Positions 59,377 to 64,000 of a stretch of DNA of 64,000 bases are shown piece by piece (the stretch's first letter is position 1; every line of letters begins with the position of its first letter). Made by a program: the position numbers and the translations under genes. This DNA comes from Eubacteriales bacterium (lineage in GTDB: Bacteria > Bacillota > Clostridia > Oscillospirales > CAG-272). Where the stretch lies: the NCBI GenBank assembly GCA_045612385.1, contig JAZKYZ010000039.1:969-64968 (forward strand), read 5' to 3'. A model generated the notes under the pieces. It searched no databases. It was not told the DNA's origin and saw only the letters and a list, made by a program, of their open reading frames with translations.

Positions 59377-60750
59377 ATGAAAAAAATTCTTTCCCTTTTG
59401 CTTGTCGCAATTTTACTATGCGCCGCCCTCGCTTTTTCCGGATGCAAAAAGAATACAAGGTCAACGCTCTGTGGCGTGTCGATCAAGGACTATGCCATTG
59501 TCTACTCGGCAGAGGAAAACGACTATAACGCTCGCGCAGCGGAATACATACAGAGCGAGATTTATTCTCGCTGTGGCGCAGAATTGCCTATTGTCCTCGA
59601 CACCGATACCCCCGTTTCGGACTATGAAATTCTGGTCGGTGAAACGTCAAGAGCGCTTTCAAACGAGCTTACTCCGACACTTGACGGTGTAGAATTTGCT
59701 CTTATGGCAAAGGAGGGAAAGATCGCGATGGAGGGAGATGCCTTCGTCATTGCTGCGGCAGCATATTATTTCATTGACACTTATTTCCCAAAGAACAACT
59801 ATGATGCCGTCGTACCAAGCGAGCCCACCATAAAAACACCTATCGAAAAAGAAGCAAAGAACTTTATTTTGCTGATCGGTGACGGTATGGGCGTGTACCA
59901 AACAAAAATGCCTGAAATGTATGAGGGAGAATGCGAATATTCTGACGGAGAAAACATTTTCTACGGTTATATGCTCCCACATATCGGATTTTCCAGAACG
60001 AACTCACTCACAGGCACCACCGACAGCGCGGCAGGTGGAACGGCATTGGCAACAGGATACAAGACCGAAAATGGTTGTATCGGTCAGCTCCCCGACGGCA
60101 CACCTCTGCTCTCGCTCCCCGAGCTCGCTCTTTCTATGAAGATGCAGGCCGGCGTTATGTCTACGGAAAGCGCCACAGGCGCAACGCCCGCTTCCTTCTC
60201 GGCACACGCCAACGAGCGTGGCAATTCCTCCGAGATTATGAACAGCCAATCTGAATTCAAGCACACCAAAGGTGGCATTCTCGATTGTGGTATGAACTAC
60301 TACAATAAATCGGGCATCAAAACCACCGAAAAGCATATCACAGACACCCTCAATAAACTTGAGGACAAGGATGGCTTCTTCCTGATGTACGAGGAAGCAT
60401 ACATTGATAAACACTGCCATAACAACGACCTTGACAACGCCTATCTCGCCGTAATGCGCTTTAACCAAGCCATTGGTAGATTTATGGAATATGCATTCTA
60501 TCATCCCGACACAATGGTTATCATCACTGCCGACCACGAAACAGGCGCACTTCTCCCCGACTTTGACAACAACCTTGTATTTGGCACAGACGACCATACC
60601 GGAGCAGACGTCCCCGTATTCGCTTGGGGAAAAGGTTCGGAATGCTTCCACGATACCTTCGTAGAAAACATACAAATTCCTATGACCATTGCAAAATTTA
60701 TGGGAAAAGACAACTTTGGAGACAGAACACAATTTCAACCACTGAATTAA
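59377..60750 (+). CDS. Alkaline phosphatase lipoprotein
   Basis: IGDGMG, TDSAAGGTALATG, ATPASF.AH, ID...H, TADHETG. Confidence 0.9.
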   Translation: MKKILSLLLVAILLCAALAFSGCKKNTRSTLCGVSIKDYAIVYSAEENDYNARAAEYIQSEIYSRCGAELPIVLDTDTPVSDYEILVGETSRALSNELTPTLDGVEFALMAKEGKIAMEGDAFVIAAAAYYFIDTYFPKNNYDAVVPSEPTIKTPIEKEAKNFILLIGDGMGVYQTKMPEMYEGECEYSDGENIFYGYMLPHIGFSRTNSLTGTTDSAAGGTALATGYKTENGCIGQLPDGTPLLSLPELALSMKMQAGVMSTESATGATPASFSAHANERGNSSEIMNSQSEFKHTKGGILDCGMNYYNKSGIKTTEKHITDTLNKLEDKDGFFLMYEEAYIDKHCHNNDLDNAYLAVMRFNQAIGRFMEYAFYHPDTMVIITADHETGALLPDFDNNLVFGTDDHTGADVPVFAWGKGSECFHDTFVENIQIPMTIAKFMGKDNFGDRTQFQPLN

Positions 60751-61006
60751 ATGTAAAACCACAATCAGTTCCGGTGGTCGATTGCTTCGTCACATAAACG
60801 CTAATCCATACTTATATCTTTGAAAAAGGGCAGAGAATCTGACATTCTCTGCTTTTTTATATCCGAAGGGAGTTTTCAGGACGTAATAGAAATATAAAAG
60901 CGACCCAACCACAGAAAGAAAATGCACTTTTCTAAATTCTAAATAAGAAACACCTGTGAGAGTCAATTTTCGCTCTCGCAGGTGTTTTTTGTGTTTATTT
61001 GTAAAC

Positions 61007-61972
61007 TTAAGTGTATATTTTAACGATTTCCTGGCCAAACAGTCTACCAAGTTCGTGCTCACACCACGCGTCATAGTGACCGAGATCGGGCGCACCAACA
61101 GGCTCGTTCAAGGTGGTCAGTCCCTTCTCGATGGTCGGGAAATAGACGTTGAGAGGGGAGAGGGTGGAAAATGCCTTTTTTGCCTCGTTGATTTCCGGGT
61201 AAGCCGGTTCACAATAGGGGCTGGAGGAGATACCGGCATCAATGAAGTAGATGCCTTTTGGGTTAGCATAAGGCGCGAGGTCGGCGCGTAGATAAGAAAC
61301 AAAGCGTTTTGTGTTTTCAAGATAGCGCGATGCCTTATAGTCTGTGGTATCCGATTCGCCCTGCATCCAGCAGATAGCATCCACAGAGGGGGTGTAACCC
61401 TTTTCACAAAGGTAGGAAAGGCAGGTATTGGCATAGACAAGAAAGGCATCATAGATAGAAGCGCGCTCATAACCATACAACCAATGGTGGTTGAGAGAAT
61501 AACCGGACATTGTAAATTTCAGGATGAAAATGGTTTCATCAGGGAATTCACGAGAGAGAACCTCTCCCATACCGAGTTCCGGACCGAAGTAGCCTTCGCC
61601 TGCGCCTTGATTTAAGGTAACGGGGAGAAACTCTCCCCCAGAGTTATATTTTCCGTTGTCAAGGGAAAAGTGGATTTTGATATTGTCATATCCCCTCTCG
61701 AACTCGGCATATTTTTCCTCACCGACCGACTCTTTCAGGTAAGAGGTCAAGGAACATCCTGTGGCATTGGATTGTCCGAGAAGAAAAATAACACGGGCGA
61801 CTTTGCCCTCCCCATCCTCGAGAGTATCCTTCATTGCAAAATCGGTATTCATTTGGATCGCATAATAGTCATAGTCATACTTTTCTCCATCCAGCGGCCC
61901 TGCAACTCTCTCAGGGAACGCACACGAGGAAAGAAAAAGGAGCAGACATAAAAGAATAGATAGTTTTTTCAT
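61007..61972 (-). CDS. SGNH/SASA-family (sialate O-acetylesterase/CE6-like) lipoprotein
   Basis: GQSN, FGPE, WMQGESD, DxxH (DLGH); lipobox LSSC. Confidence 0.85.
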   Translation of the reverse strand: MKKLSILLCLLLFLSSCAFPERVAGPLDGEKYDYDYYAIQMNTDFAMKDTLEDGEGKVARVIFLLGQSNATGCSLTSYLKESVGEEKYAEFERGYDNIKIHFSLDNGKYNSGGEFLPVTLNQGAGEGYFGPELGMGEVLSREFPDETIFILKFTMSGYSLNHHWLYGYERASIYDAFLVYANTCLSYLCEKGYTPSVDAICWMQGESDTTDYKASRYLENTKRFVSYLRADLAPYANPKGIYFIDAGISSSPYCEPAYPEINEAKKAFSTLSPLNVYFPTIEKGLTTLNEPVGAPDLGHYDAWCEHELGRLFGQEIVKIYT

Positions 61973-62098
61973 AGGCACCTCACTGTAAGTTCTTGGTATC
62001 AGTATAGCACATCTAATTTGAAAAAGCAATATTTTCTCAAACCACTCGCATTTTTTCTATTTATGTTATACTAAAGAAAAACGATTTTGGAGGCATTT

Positions 62099-62842
62099 AT
62101 GAAGCTTACGTTTTTAGGAACAAGCCACGGCGTTCCCTCTGCGCACAGACATTGCTCTTGCGCAATGCTTGAGGTAGGAGAGAATGTCTACATCTTCGAT
62201 ACAGGCGCTCCCGTAGTGGAAGGCATCCTGATGGCCGGACACAGTATGAACGATTTGAAAGCCGTATTTATCACTCACGTGCATAGCGTTCATACGGGTG
62301 GGCTCTTCTCTCTTGCTAACCTATGTTCGTGGTATTTCAGAGAAACAAATGTAAACTTTTATATACCTGAACGCAGACTTTGGGACGGTCTGCTCGCATA
62401 TCACGCTGGCACAAGCGATTCACTCTTGGACGAGGAACGTCTGCACGCAATCGTCTATGATGAAACGCTTATCTATGATGATGGCACCATTCGCCTCACC
62501 CCCATCCCTACGGCTCACCTTCGGCAAGTAGATCACCCTGCCTATGGTTTTGTGGTGGAAGCAAAGGGAAAGCGCTTGCTCATAACAGGCGATATGTCGC
62601 AGGGACTAAAGTACAATGATTTTCCTTCCGTTTCTTTTGAAAAGCACTTTGATGTTCTCGTCACCGAACTCGCGCACTTCGATATCGAACAAATGCCCTT
62701 CCTCAAGAGCATTCAGTGTGACAGGCTGGTGTTCTGGCACATCAACAAGCTTGATATAAAACTTCCCAAAATCGAAGCGCTCAAGGGTACGCTCCCCTAC
62801 GAAATACTTGTCCCTTGCGATAACGATACCTACGAAATATAA
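62099..62842 (+). CDS. Metallo-beta-lactamase-fold hydrolase (RNase Z-like)
   Basis: MKLTFLGTS.G, FDTG, THxHxxH, TGD. Confidence 0.8.
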   Translation: MKLTFLGTSHGVPSAHRHCSCAMLEVGENVYIFDTGAPVVEGILMAGHSMNDLKAVFITHVHSVHTGGLFSLANLCSWYFRETNVNFYIPERRLWDGLLAYHAGTSDSLLDEERLHAIVYDETLIYDDGTIRLTPIPTAHLRQVDHPAYGFVVEAKGKRLLITGDMSQGLKYNDFPSVSFEKHFDVLVTELAHFDIEQMPFLKSIQCDRLVFWHINKLDIKLPKIEALKGTLPYEILVPCDNDTYEI

Positions 62843-63022
62843 TTTTAAACAAGACCTGCCGTTTATCAATGGTGGGTCTGTTCTTTAGGCACATATGTTG
62901 AGATTTGCTTGGAAAAATTGTGCATAATTAACAATTATCGGTAGTTCACTTATTATCTGTTGACAAATTCAAACAAATATGTTATTATAATGTCGAATAA
63001 AATATTTTGAAAGGAAATCCCT

Positions 63023-64000
63023 ATGTCTAAAACACCTAACACTCGTCAGGGCGGTTTCTTCGGCAAAGTCAAGAGTTTTTTTACCTCGTCCGCCAATGAC
63101 AGAACCAAGCCTTTCGGTATAGCAGATAAACTCGCTTATGCCGCTGGTGACTTCGGTTGTAACATGAGTTTTGCACTCAAAAGCACGGTACAGACCTTCT
63201 GGCTCGTTTACATGATGCTTAACCCCACGATTCTCTCGATTCTCGTGCTTATCACACAGATCTGGGACGCAATCAACGACCCCATGCTTGGCACAATGAT
63301 TGACAACGACAAGCGCAAATACAAGATGGGTAAATTCAAAACCTATATTCTGATTGGCGCTATCGGTCTGCTTGTTGCTGGCTCTCTCGTATTCCTTCCC
63401 TTACCCGCATCTATCCGTATGAGTGAGGCATGGTTCGCTTCTGTTTTGAAGTCGACCGTATTCGTTCTCGCTTATGTCATCTGGGACGCTTGCTATACCA
63501 TTGCAAATGTTCCTTATGGTTCGATGCTCCCCCTCGTCACTGAGGACAAGCGTGAACAGGCAGAACTTTCCACTTGGCGCTCCATTGGCTCGATGTTCGG
63601 CAACATGATTCCTGGTATCATTCTTCCTATGCTTATCTGGCAAAAGGTTAAGTTCGATGGAACAACGAGTTTCCTCGACAAGATTATCGTTCCTGACGGC
63701 TTCAATGCTGAGGACTTCATGAAAAATCCTCTCACAAATAAACCCTATGCCCCCGGCGATCAGGTTCTTAACCCCTCGACAGGTAGCGATGTTGAAATTC
63801 TTCTTGGCGAGCGTGTATTTATCGCCGCATTGATTATGGGTGTCCTTGGCTTCATTGCCTTTCTGTTTATGATAAAAAAGATCACCATCCGTGTGGATGA
63901 GAATACAGTAAAGACAAACGAGCAGGCTGAGAAGGTCAACATTTTCAGATCTTTCGGCAAATTCCTTGCCAACCGTCCCGCAGTCGGCGCTACCATCGCC
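63023..64000 (+). CDS. MFS glycoside-pentoside-hexuronide:cation symporter (MelB-like), partial
   Basis: Not in the ORF track because it has no stop in the window; AAAGGA RBS; DKLAYAAGDFGCN, IWDAINDPMLG, NVPYGSM. Confidence 0.85.
   Translation, partial: MSKTPNTRQGGFFGKVKSFFTSSANDRTKPFGIADKLAYAAGDFGCNMSFALKSTVQTFWLVYMMLNPTILSILVLITQIWDAINDPMLGTMIDNDKRKYKMGKFKTYILIGAIGLLVAGSLVFLPLPASIRMSEAWFASVLKSTVFVLAYVIWDACYTIANVPYGSMLPLVTEDKREQAELSTWRSIGSMFGNMIPGIILPMLIWQKVKFDGTTSFLDKIIVPDGFNAEDFMKNPLTNKPYAPGDQVLNPSTGSDVEILLGERVFIAALIMGVLGFIAFLFMIKKITIRVDENTVKTNEQAEKVNIFRSFGKFLANRPAVGATIA

Overview
64 kb of a Clostridia-like (Bacillota) chromosome; the taxonomy is inferred from gene content. Both flanks are mostly housekeeping genes (cysE/cysK, sulfite-reductase-like gene plus ABC importer, pyk, spoVB-like flippase, yajC, pdxK, murA, ppdK, BspA-like LRR surface protein, alkaline phosphatase). 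The centre (24166-45582, about 21.4 kb) is an integrative element that split a host tRNA-Arg(CCU) at the anticodon loop. It has an 11-bp att core CCTCCTAAGGG at both ends and carries a complete, divergent replacement tRNA-Arg(CCU). The element encodes a tyrosine integrase, two excisionase-like paralogs and a P4-type primase-helicase, and has a cos-like packaging motif but no terminase or capsid genes, so it looks like a phage satellite. Its cargo is anti-phage: MORC ATPase-Z1-PD-(D/E)XK-AIPR plus a C5 methylase, HNH and Kiwa, with a Fic gene upstream. The most unusual feature is a 1.4-kb non-coding array (29918-31330) upstream of the replication operon. It has 22 stem-loops whose stems all differ in sequence but stay base-paired, with a conserved CCTAA loop and a TAnnnT (-10-like) hexamer on the minus strand at a fixed 16-nt distance. 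It is not a CRISPR and matches no array type I know. Family calls come from recognising motifs by eye; no database searches were run.
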